From: Candidatus Enterousia sp.
GTDB taxonomy: Bacteria > Pseudomonadota > Alphaproteobacteria > Rs-D84
Direction of reading: 5' to 3'
DNA length: 64,000 bases
Assembly (NCBI GenBank): GCA_045613925.1
Contig: JAZLBV010000006.1
Coordinates: 19,224-83,223, forward strand
The position numbers and the translations under genes are program-made. Every line of letters begins with the position of its first letter. The first letter of the stretch is position 1. Below the pieces are notes generated by a model. That model was not told where the DNA came from and made no database searches. It saw only the letters and a program-made list of their open reading frames with translations. This document shows, piece by piece, positions 9,105-16,385 of this stretch.

Positions 9105-9431
9105 ATGACACTGGATGAAATTAAGCAATTAAACGAAAAAAATTATCCTAAATTTTCTTCGTTTGCAAAGAATCAGATGCCTATGCCCGGGAATAAAAAA
9201 CATCTGGATGATGTTTTAAACCGTGAAATCACGATTATCGATTACAGAATGCGACGTTCGACAAAACGTGATGGCACAGAGTGTCTGCAACTACAATTTA
9301 TACTGGATAACGAGGTTTGTGTTTTATTTACAGGCTCAAGTGTATTGACTAATCAAATCAAAGAAAGCAAAGATAATATCCCGTTTGTGACAACGATTGT
9401 TAAAATCGACAGATATTACTCTTTCTCTTAG
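9105..9431 (+). CDS. DGR-associated accessory protein, not Avd-like
   Basis: 108 aa with an AAAGGA RBS. The sequence looks beta-strand-rich (ITIIDYRM, CLQLQFILDNEVCVLFTG, FVTTIVKIDRYYSF). It sits between the TR-like RNA and the RT. Confidence 0.6.
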   Translation: MTLDEIKQLNEKNYPKFSSFAKNQMPMPGNKKHLDDVLNREITIIDYRMRRSTKRDGTECLQLQFILDNEVCVLFTGSSVLTNQIKESKDNIPFVTTIVKIDRYYSFS

Positions 9432-9451
9432 AACCAGTATAAAATTGTGTT

Positions 9452-10486
9452 ATGAAGACATATAAAAATCTTTGGGATAAATTTATCTCGAAAGAAAACT
9501 TTGATTTAGCAGCAAAGAAAGCGATAAAAAGTAAAAAATCTAAGAAATCAGTAAGGTTCTTTTTAAGAAATCGTGAAAAATTCTTAGAAAAATTACGAAA
9601 ATCTTTAATAAATGGCACTTTTAAAACATCGCCATATAAAACTTTTGTTATTTATGAGCCCAAAAGGCGAATAATTTACAAATTACCGCTTTATCCAGAC
9701 CACGTGTTGCATCACGCGCTTATCAATGTTCTGGGGCCGATTTGGCAAAGCTTCTTTATCAAAGACTCTTTTTCGTGCATTCCAGGGCGTGGTTTGTTGT
9801 ATGCTTCACGCCGTACGATGCGGTTTATCAAACGAAACAAATATGTTTTGCAATGTGATATTCGGAAATTTTATCCTTCCATAGATCATACTGTTATTAT
9901 GGATATAATCGCACATAAAATCCATGACAGACGCATGTTAAAAATATTAAATGAAGTCATCTGCTCTGTGGGTGGGCAAACTAATTTGCCGATTGGTAAT
10001 CTCACATCTCAGTGGTTGGGTAACGTTTATATGAATGAACTTGACCATTTTATAAAACAAGATTTACATTGGCGCGATTATATCAGATATTGTGATGATT
10101 TTTGTCTTTATGGGAATAACAAACAAGATTTGCACGATGCGGCTCAAAAAATAAAAACATTCGTCAGAGAACGACTAAAAATGGAATTTTCTAAATGCAA
10201 CCTGCGCAGGACATCAAACGGTGTTACCTTCATAGGATACAGGCATTTCAGAAAATTTATATTACTGCGTCATCTTACTGCGTGTAAATTACGCAGACGA
10301 ATCGTAAACATAATCGTGCACAGCGACTTCAGTGATCGTTCTGTTGCTCAATTGGCATCAGCATATGGATGGACCAAGTGGTGCAACAGTTATCATTTTC
10401 GAAAAACAATTCAGGTATTTGCGCGCAAAATTTCGCGGAAAGCTGGCGCTTTTATAAAAAGCAACCTTTTTTTTGACAAAAAATGA
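9452..10486 (+). CDS. DGR-type reverse transcriptase
   Basis: NLWDKFISKENFDLAAKKA, YEPKRRIIYKLPLYPDHVLHHAL, DIRKFYPSIDH, LPIGNLTSQWLGNVYMNELDHF, YIRYCDDF and FIGYR. It is colinear with Bordetella phage BPP-1 Brt as I recall it. Confidence 0.85.
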   Translation: MKTYKNLWDKFISKENFDLAAKKAIKSKKSKKSVRFFLRNREKFLEKLRKSLINGTFKTSPYKTFVIYEPKRRIIYKLPLYPDHVLHHALINVLGPIWQSFFIKDSFSCIPGRGLLYASRRTMRFIKRNKYVLQCDIRKFYPSIDHTVIMDIIAHKIHDRRMLKILNEVICSVGGQTNLPIGNLTSQWLGNVYMNELDHFIKQDLHWRDYIRYCDDFCLYGNNKQDLHDAAQKIKTFVRERLKMEFSKCNLRRTSNGVTFIGYRHFRKFILLRHLTACKLRRRIVNIIVHSDFSDRSVAQLASAYGWTKWCNSYHFRKTIQVFARKISRKAGAFIKSNLFFDKK

Positions 10487-10526
10487 AAAATTTTTTTAAA
10501 TGTTGTTTGGCTTTGAAAAAAAAATA

Positions 10527-10535
10527 TGATATAAT
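10527..10535 (+). promoter_or_regulatory. extended -10 promoter element (TGATATAAT)
   Basis: An exact TGnTATAAT about 20 nt upstream of the 10556 start codon. Confidence 0.45.
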
Positions 10536-10555
10536 GCATAGCAAGAGAAAGGGAA

Positions 10556-11329
10556 ATGCGTCATTTTAATAGGCAATTTTCATTGGTTGCGGCGGTTTTG
10601 TGTTTCGGCCTGGTATCTGGTGCGGATGCTGCGCCGTCTGTCCGTGTATTAGGATCATCTGCTGGCTCTTCGGTTGGAAAAACCACAGGGACTAAGGTTT
10701 CTGGGGCTAAGACTGGGAACACCATAAAATCATCTGTTTTGAACGCCAATACCGGTGTAAAGAAATCTGCGTCTGTAAAAACTATGTCGCCGACCACCAC
10801 AACTATGCAACCTGTGGCACGTACGTCGTCTGGTCGTGCTGGGACTGCTGGCACAGGAACCGTTGCGACTGTTGGTGGCGCGAATCGTTTCCCAGGAATT
10901 GCATCCAAAACCAACGTACAAAAATCTTATAGTCCGTCTGCAACAGGAACCATAATATCTACCGATCCAAATGCACGTAGCTATAATATGCAGGAAATGA
11001 GTGAACGTTTGGAAGTTTTGGAAGAAGACATCGTGTCTAAGGCGAAAAAAAACGATTTAGATAATTATTATACAAAAGACGAAATCAATGAAGGTTATTA
11101 CACTACGACCCAGGTTGATGAAAAAATAAACAGTATCAACACAGACATGTCGTCGCCGTATATGCAGGCATTGACTGAAAGTGTGCAAAGAAACACCGCA
11201 GATATTCTTACTCTTAAAGGTCAATATCAGTATATTTACGATATGGGCACTGGCGAAAAGAAATCTGTTTATCTGATAACTAATTTTGATGAAAGTTTGT
11301 TCTCTGACGAGACTGTTGTGGGGGATTAA
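10556..11329 (+). CDS. secreted fibre-like protein (Gly/Ser/Thr/Ala-rich N-terminal half, coiled-coil C-terminal half)
   Basis: Signal peptide MRHFNRQFSLVAAVLCFGLVSGADA. Low-complexity region. YYTKDEINEGYYTTTQVDEKI resembles tail-fibre motifs. Confidence 0.6.
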   Translation: MRHFNRQFSLVAAVLCFGLVSGADAAPSVRVLGSSAGSSVGKTTGTKVSGAKTGNTIKSSVLNANTGVKKSASVKTMSPTTTTMQPVARTSSGRAGTAGTGTVATVGGANRFPGIASKTNVQKSYSPSATGTIISTDPNARSYNMQEMSERLEVLEEDIVSKAKKNDLDNYYTKDEINEGYYTTTQVDEKINSINTDMSSPYMQALTESVQRNTADILTLKGQYQYIYDMGTGEKKSVYLITNFDESLFSDETVVGD

Positions 11330-11348
11330 GAAAACAAGGTAAAACGAA

Positions 11349-11771
11349 ATGAAAAAGATATTGTTTTCTTGTATGGCTTTATCAATTCTGACTGCGACTT
11401 CCGCGTTTGCAGATGGTGTTGCGTATGTCGTGACAAAACCTTATGTTGATGCAGGACTTCAGAGTGTGTATAACAAAATCAAATCCGCACAAAGCGATAT
11501 CGACGAATTAACTGTTTTTGTTGGTGCACCAACTGTTGGTGATATTCCTGGCACAGGGTTGGCGAAACGAATTGAACAATTAGAAGTTGGCTTGGTAAAT
11601 GCTAATAATCAATATTCTGGTGATGGTCGTGGTGTAATTGTCACGGACGATAATAAAATCGGAATTATTGGATTAAGTCAGTCTACGGGTGTTAACAATA
11701 AAATGTATGTTTTCCAAAATAATATCGCCACAGAACTTGAAGTAAAGGACACCTGGACCATAGATAACTAA
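11349..11771 (+). CDS. small secreted fibre-like protein
   Basis: Signal peptide MKKILFSCMALSILTATSAFA. VVTKPYVDAGLQSVYNKI is related to the YVKGAYN motif of the downstream paralogs. Confidence 0.6.
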   Translation: MKKILFSCMALSILTATSAFADGVAYVVTKPYVDAGLQSVYNKIKSAQSDIDELTVFVGAPTVGDIPGTGLAKRIEQLEVGLVNANNQYSGDGRGVIVTDDNKIGIIGLSQSTGVNNKMYVFQNNIATELEVKDTWTIDN

Positions 11772-11777
11772 GATTAA

Positions 11778-11801
11778 AATCCCACACATGGGATTTTTTT
11801 T
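11778..11801 (+). terminator. intrinsic terminator
   Basis: atccc-acacat-gggat hairpin followed by a T-run. Confidence 0.65.
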
Positions 11802-11808
11802 ATTTAAA

Positions 11809-11838
11809 ACCGATTCGTTTAACAGAATCGGTTTTTTT
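11809..11838 (+). terminator. second intrinsic terminator (accgattc family)
   Basis: accgattc-gtttaaca-gaatcggt hairpin followed by a T-run. A related hairpin recurs at 13072. Confidence 0.65.
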
Positions 11839-11973
11839 ATGCATCAATGCTATAAACTGGGCGATATAGGTTGCCAAGTTATGAAAGACCGAAAAATTCT
11901 GCATTTTTTCAAAAGTCAAGCAAAAAAATATTATAAATATAGTTTGACTGGACATAAAAAACAAAAAATTTTA

Positions 11974-11982
11974 TGATATAAT
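11974..11982 (+). promoter_or_regulatory. extended -10 promoter element (TGATATAAT)
   Basis: An exact TGnTATAAT about 30 nt upstream of the 12014 start. Confidence 0.45.
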
Positions 11983-12013
11983 AAATGCGTGAGAGAAAAA
12001 AACGAGGCTAAAT

Positions 12014-13051
12014 ATGAAAAGACTGTTAAGTGTTTCAATGTTTGCGATTGTTGCCGCGGCACCTGTTATGGCGCGCGCTGACAAAACAATAACATCGCTT
12101 GAATTGCAAAATGGTGGGAACGTTCCCGCTTCGACCCAGGTTGCAACAACATCATATGTTAAGGGTGCATACAACGCGGTTGCAAATGCGGTCAATGCTG
12201 TGGTCACAGATATGACTGTTGCAGACGGCGAATATACCCACATTAACCCAAACAAAAGCGTTGCTGAAAACTTGGTATTATTGAACAATGCAATTAACAG
12301 TGCGGGCACCACATCAAGCAGCACATATACAACCAAAGAATCTGCAGCTGCATCTTTAGCGACTGGCGCGGATACATTACATTACGTCAGTGCAGATGGC
12401 GAAAAGGTTGGCGCAAACCTTGGTGCATTGGACAAAGCTGTTTATGATAACGAAACTGCAATCGGGTTATTGAATTCTGGCGACACAGTCGAAGGTTCTG
12501 TTGCATATGCGGTTAAAGGCGAAGAAACCCGTGCAATGGCGGCAGAAACAGCGTTAAGCGATCGTATTGGAACATTGGATACGAATAAAAATTATTTACG
12601 GACTACAAACGACGTCTATACAAATATGACTGCGCTTGACACCCAGGTTCACAATAATGAATTAAGCATTGGTTCTTTAAGTTCGTTAAGCTCTGCTGGC
12701 AGTATGAACACAATTGAAAGTCGTGCAACATTGGTATCTGCAATCAATACATTGGATGCTGCGATTTCCAGCGCGGGAACTGCATCTAATGTGACGACCG
12801 GACACTATATCGGAACAGCAAACGGAAAAACATCTGTTTCTGCTAATTTAACGGCTTTGGATAACGAAGTCTATGATATTAACACCAACAAAATTGGTTC
12901 AGTTGATATGGGTACGACTGCAACAACCGTTACTGGCGCAATCAAGGAAATGCACGATCAACAGATTGAGGTTGCGACCACTTGGAACAGCAGTACTACT
13001 CAAAAGATTAATTTATTCCCAACTGCATCTGGCGATGACGATGGCGAATAA
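12014..13051 (+). CDS. secreted fibre-like surface protein paralog
   Basis: Signal peptide. VATTSYVKGAYNAVANAVNAV motif. The NLxALDxxV..N...IG motif occurs 4-5 times. Confidence 0.65.
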   Translation: MKRLLSVSMFAIVAAAPVMARADKTITSLELQNGGNVPASTQVATTSYVKGAYNAVANAVNAVVTDMTVADGEYTHINPNKSVAENLVLLNNAINSAGTTSSSTYTTKESAAASLATGADTLHYVSADGEKVGANLGALDKAVYDNETAIGLLNSGDTVEGSVAYAVKGEETRAMAAETALSDRIGTLDTNKNYLRTTNDVYTNMTALDTQVHNNELSIGSLSSLSSAGSMNTIESRATLVSAINTLDAAISSAGTASNVTTGHYIGTANGKTSVSANLTALDNEVYDINTNKIGSVDMGTTATTVTGAIKEMHDQQIEVATTWNSSTTQKINLFPTASGDDDGE

Positions 13052-13071
13052 TCTTTTGTAAAAGAAATAAA

Positions 13072-13103
13072 AAACCGATTCGTTCAACCGAGTCGGTTTT
13101 TTT
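13072..13103. terminator. intrinsic terminator hairpin
   Basis: aaccgattcg-ttcaac-cgagtcggtt flanked by an A-run and a T-run. Confidence 0.65.
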
Positions 13104-13343
13104 ATACATGAAAAAAAATTAAGCACCAATCTCTGTTTTTGATTCGCGGAACACAGCATATTCTGCCCCTTGGGGAAGTGGCACGTAGTGCCGAAGGGTG
13201 TTCACCGAATTGCGAATACACCGGAACACCCCACTCCGGCTGCGCCCACCCCCAACCATAAAAAACATACGAAAAAAAATAAAAAGTCAAGAGAAAATTT
13301 TCATAAAAAAATGTTTGACAAGCGTAAAAACACCCTTTTTTTG

Positions 13344-13352
13344 TGATATAAT
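13344..13352 (+). promoter_or_regulatory. extended -10 promoter element (TGATATAAT)
   Basis: Lies within cacccttttttTGTGATATAAT, about 55 nt upstream of the 13407 start. Confidence 0.45.
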
Positions 13353-13406
13353 ATGGTTATAAAATTGCTTAGCTTAGGGACGGCTATTTAAATGAGAGAG
13401 AAAACA

Positions 13407-14036
13407 ATGAAAAAATTATTAGGTATTTCTATCGTCGCTATGTTAGCCGTCACACCTATGATGGCAAACGCAGCGCAGACGGCTGCTAATTTAGCGGCAA
13501 CATCTGGTACCGAACAAAATGCTATTGCAACAACATCGTATGTTAAGGGTGCCTATAACGCAGTAAAAGCAGCGCACGATGCCGTTGTTTCCGATATTAC
13601 TGTTGGCAGTGGCACACATTATCATATTACAGCTGGCAACAGTGTTGCTGAAAATTTGGGAGAATTAGATACAGCAGTTCACCAAAATGATGAGAAAATT
13701 GGTACTATAACAACTTTACAGAGCAGCACCACATTTGGTCAGGACGAAGACCACAGCGACGTCGTTAATGCAATCATCAGTACAAAAACACAAGCTAACG
13801 CGACAGATGCTTTGGTTGGCAGTTCTGCATCATCATTGACAACCGAATTTGGTTCAGGTGTTGACACTGTTGATAAGGCTTTGAAAAAATTGAAAGAAGG
13901 GCTTGGTGCAACAGATAGCAAAGGCGTTGTTGTTTATAATGGTTGGAATGGCGGTGGCACACCAAATGGTAATGGTTGGGTCGGTTTGACAGCAGAACCT
14001 CAACAAACTGGTAGTGGTGAACAAACTGGTAACTAA
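13407..14036 (+). CDS. secreted fibre-like surface protein paralog
   Basis: The start at MKKLLGISIVAMLAVTPMMANA was chosen by identity with the 14434 paralog. IATTSYVKGAYNAVKAAHDAV motif. Gly/Asn/Trp-rich C-terminus. Confidence 0.65.
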   Translation: MKKLLGISIVAMLAVTPMMANAAQTAANLAATSGTEQNAIATTSYVKGAYNAVKAAHDAVVSDITVGSGTHYHITAGNSVAENLGELDTAVHQNDEKIGTITTLQSSTTFGQDEDHSDVVNAIISTKTQANATDALVGSSASSLTTEFGSGVDTVDKALKKLKEGLGATDSKGVVVYNGWNGGGTPNGNGWVGLTAEPQQTGSGEQTGN

Positions 14037-14057
14037 TCATTTAGATACAAATTTAAA

Positions 14058-14081
14058 ACGACCCATTTGGGTCGTTTTTTT
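14058..14081 (+). terminator. intrinsic terminator
   Basis: acgaccca-tt-tgggtcgt hairpin followed by a T-run. Confidence 0.7.
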
Positions 14082-14370
14082 GTTGTACCTGGCTTTGAAT
14101 CCTGTCCAAAAGAAAAAGCATCGGTATTTGTTTCTATTTTGCGATGCACCGCAACACAAAAACCAAACCAAAGTGCTTTATAATTAGAAACGAAATGCGT
14201 TTTATTGTCGCAGGGCTGGAAATAAAAAACAAAAATTTCTTTTCGTCGCGCACGCGGGTTCAACCAAGAAAAATCCCATAAAAAAACCGTCAGAAAATAA
14301 AAAAAATATAAAAGTCAAGAGAAAAATTTCATAAAACAACATTTGGCATTGGACTAAATCATAAAAATTA

Positions 14371-14379
14371 TGTTATAAT
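14371..14379 (+). promoter_or_regulatory. extended -10 promoter element (TGTTATAAT)
   Basis: A TGnTATAAT about 55 nt upstream of the 14434 start. Confidence 0.45.
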
Positions 14380-14433
14380 GTCAGAGTAAAAAATACTTGG
14401 CTTAGGGACGGCTATAAAAATGAGAGAAAAACA

Positions 14434-15543
14434 ATGAAGAAATTATTAGGTGTTTCTATCGTCGCGATGCTAGCCGTCACGCCTATGATGGCACACGCCG
14501 TGGGAAGTGCCCCAACGGCGGCGACCACATCGTCCGAACCATATTTGGGGGTTGATGTTGCGACGACTGACCAGGGTCATATTGCATCTACTGCGTATGT
14601 CAAGGGTGCGTATAACGCCGCGATTGGCGCAGTTAACGCGGTTTCAGCTGCAAAACAAAATAATTTGATGAACAACGCAGCAAGCCCTGTTGCCGTATCT
14701 AGCACTGTTAAGACAAGTGTTGGCGCTGCGACTGGTGAAAACGCTGCAGACAATACATCATTGGTAACTGAAAAGGCCGTCCGTGATGCGATTGATGCAA
14801 TTGAGGGCGCCGATGCAATCACAGCAGGTCCAGGTGTTAGCAAAACAAACAACAAGATTTCTGTAGATTTAACATCAAACGGCGGTTTGCAGACAACTGG
14901 TGAGGGTGATGCCGCTACATTGGGTGTAAAGGTTAACACTGGCACTATGGAAGTTGGCGCAGACGGTGTCGGAATCAAAGCCGGCGGTGTGGGCACAACG
15001 CAATTGGCAGATAACGCAGTGACAACTGCTAAGATTCTTGACGCAAATGTTACAGCTAATAAATTAGCAACAGATTCTGTAACGACCGCGAAAATCGCCG
15101 ATGGTAATGTTACAACTGCTAAGTTGGATGCAAGTGCCGTAACAACTGCGAAAATCGCTGACGCAAATGTAACGACTGGTAAGTTGGCGGATAGTGCTGT
15201 AGAAACAGCAAAAATCGCTAATGGGGCTGTGACATATAGCAAGTTGGATTCAGACTTGGTTCAAACTTCAGTTCGTTCATCGGTGGATAGTAATGCCGAA
15301 GGTTATAGTGCTTGGAATTCTGATCAAACTGTCGCATCTGAAAAAGCGGTCGCGACTGCGATTTCTACGGCTACAACAGGTATGGCGACACAAACTGGTG
15401 TGAATTCTGCTATTGCAGCGTCCAGCGTTTCTGTAACATCTGCAACTGTGGATGTCTATAACGCTTGGGGTGCAGAAACTACAACCCCTGTTAATGCCAA
15501 TGTGACCGTAGACTTTACAGCGGGTACATATCCAAATAATTAA
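14434..15543 (+). CDS. secreted fibre-like surface protein paralog with 11-residue tandem repeats
   Basis: Signal peptide MKKLLGVSIVAMLAVTPMMAHA. IASTAYVKGAYNAAIGAVNAV motif. About 8 copies of an xxVTTAKIADxN-type repeat. Confidence 0.7.
   Translation: MKKLLGVSIVAMLAVTPMMAHAVGSAPTAATTSSEPYLGVDVATTDQGHIASTAYVKGAYNAAIGAVNAVSAAKQNNLMNNAASPVAVSSTVKTSVGAATGENAADNTSLVTEKAVRDAIDAIEGADAITAGPGVSKTNNKISVDLTSNGGLQTTGEGDAATLGVKVNTGTMEVGADGVGIKAGGVGTTQLADNAVTTAKILDANVTANKLATDSVTTAKIADGNVTTAKLDASAVTTAKIADANVTTGKLADSAVETAKIANGAVTYSKLDSDLVQTSVRSSVDSNAEGYSAWNSDQTVASEKAVATAISTATTGMATQTGVNSAIAASSVSVTSATVDVYNAWGAETTTPVNANVTVDFTAGTYPNN
14983..15252 (+). repeat. in-frame 33-bp tandem repeats (about 8 units) encoding (A/N)VTTAK(I/L)ADxN
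   Basis: GVGTTQLADNAVTTAKILDANVTANKLATDSVTTAKIADGNVTTAKLDASAVTTAKIADANVTTGKLADSAVETAKIANGAVTYSKLD. Confidence 0.8.
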
Positions 15544-15553
15544 CATAAAATTT

Positions 15554-15598
15554 GGTCTGGACAATTATGTTGTATTCGTATAACATAATTGTCAGACC
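15554..15598. repeat. long imperfect inverted repeat (about 17-bp arms)
   Basis: ggtctggacaattatgtt ... aacataattgtcagacc between two paralogs. No T-run follows it. Confidence 0.6.
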
Positions 15599-15651
15599 GG
15601 GTGGGAAAGGAAAAAATTCAATCTTTATCAAAAAAAATTAATAAAAATTAC

Positions 15652-16224
15652 ATGAAAAAACTTTTATTCATTTTTCTTGGTTCGATCTTAGTTACACCTG
15701 CGTTCGCATTGGGCGAAGAGCAGGAAACGCCGGCAATTACTCAGTTTATAAGCCCGACGACTGCAAGCGTCCAGGATTCTGCATCTGTGTCTGCAAACGC
15801 GCCTAAGTATGATTTGAATACTATTACTACAACCGACCAGGAACATATTGCGTCGGCTGCGTATGTTAAGGGCGCACACAACAGCGCACTTTCCGCTATC
15901 AATTATTTACAGGGTTCTAAACAGGCGCAATTGGTTAATGATGCCGCGTCGCCTGCTAATGTTTCCAATACAGTGAAAACAACGTTGGGAACAACATCCA
16001 CCGCCAGTGATACTGCGTTGGCATCCGAGTTAGCGGTGGCGACTGCGTTGTCTGAGAAACAGGCCACATTGTCAAGCACCAATGTTACAACATCTGGTAC
16101 GGGCGCTGTTGTTACAGGCGTCAGTGCATCCGGTGGTAATGTTACGGTTACAACGGGTCAGGTCACGATTCCGGTGGGCAGTGTTTCGTCGCCTACATCC
16201 CAGGCACAAATTTGGGTACAATAG
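15652..16224 (+). CDS. secreted fibre-like surface protein paralog
   Basis: Likely start MKKLLFIFLGSILVTPAFA. IASAAYVKGAHNSALSAINYL motif. Ser/Thr/Val-rich C-terminus. Confidence 0.6.
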   Translation: MKKLLFIFLGSILVTPAFALGEEQETPAITQFISPTTASVQDSASVSANAPKYDLNTITTTDQEHIASAAYVKGAHNSALSAINYLQGSKQAQLVNDAASPANVSNTVKTTLGTTSTASDTALASELAVATALSEKQATLSSTNVTTSGTGAVVTGVSASGGNVTVTTGQVTIPVGSVSSPTSQAQIWVQ

Positions 16225-16246
16225 AATTATTCTTGAATAAAAAAAA

Positions 16247-16272
16247 GAATCGGATACAAATCCGATTTTTTT
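16247..16272 (+). terminator. intrinsic terminator
   Basis: aatcgga-tacaaa-tccgatt hairpin followed by a T-run. Confidence 0.7.
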
Positions 16273-16385
16273 ATGGTTTGGTTTCAAAAAGTTAAAAAAT
16301 CAATGATAAATTCCACAGAATCATCCATACCTGTTGTATATTTTATCTTGATTTTTTACGATGTTTATGCGCTATAATATTGACA

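Larger units (their letters stand above)
8611..10486 (+). mobile_element. diversity-generating retroelement (DGR) core cassette: promoter, TR-like RNA, 108-aa accessory ORF, RT
   Basis: See the component features. The RT has DGR hallmarks, and the upstream non-coding GC-rich segment has an in-frame AAC-rich core. Confidence 0.7.

Noticed and set aside
9452-10486. Alternative identities for the RT: retron, group II intron, or Abi/UG defence RT.
   Set aside because: There is no intron-type maturase/X or endonuclease domain and no flanking intron RNA domains. Motif 4 reads IGNLTSQ and the whole sequence is colinear with Brt-type RTs, and the upstream AAC-rich frame fits a TR rather than a retron msr/msd. 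A UG/DRT-like system with an upstream ncRNA cannot be fully excluded without a phylogeny.
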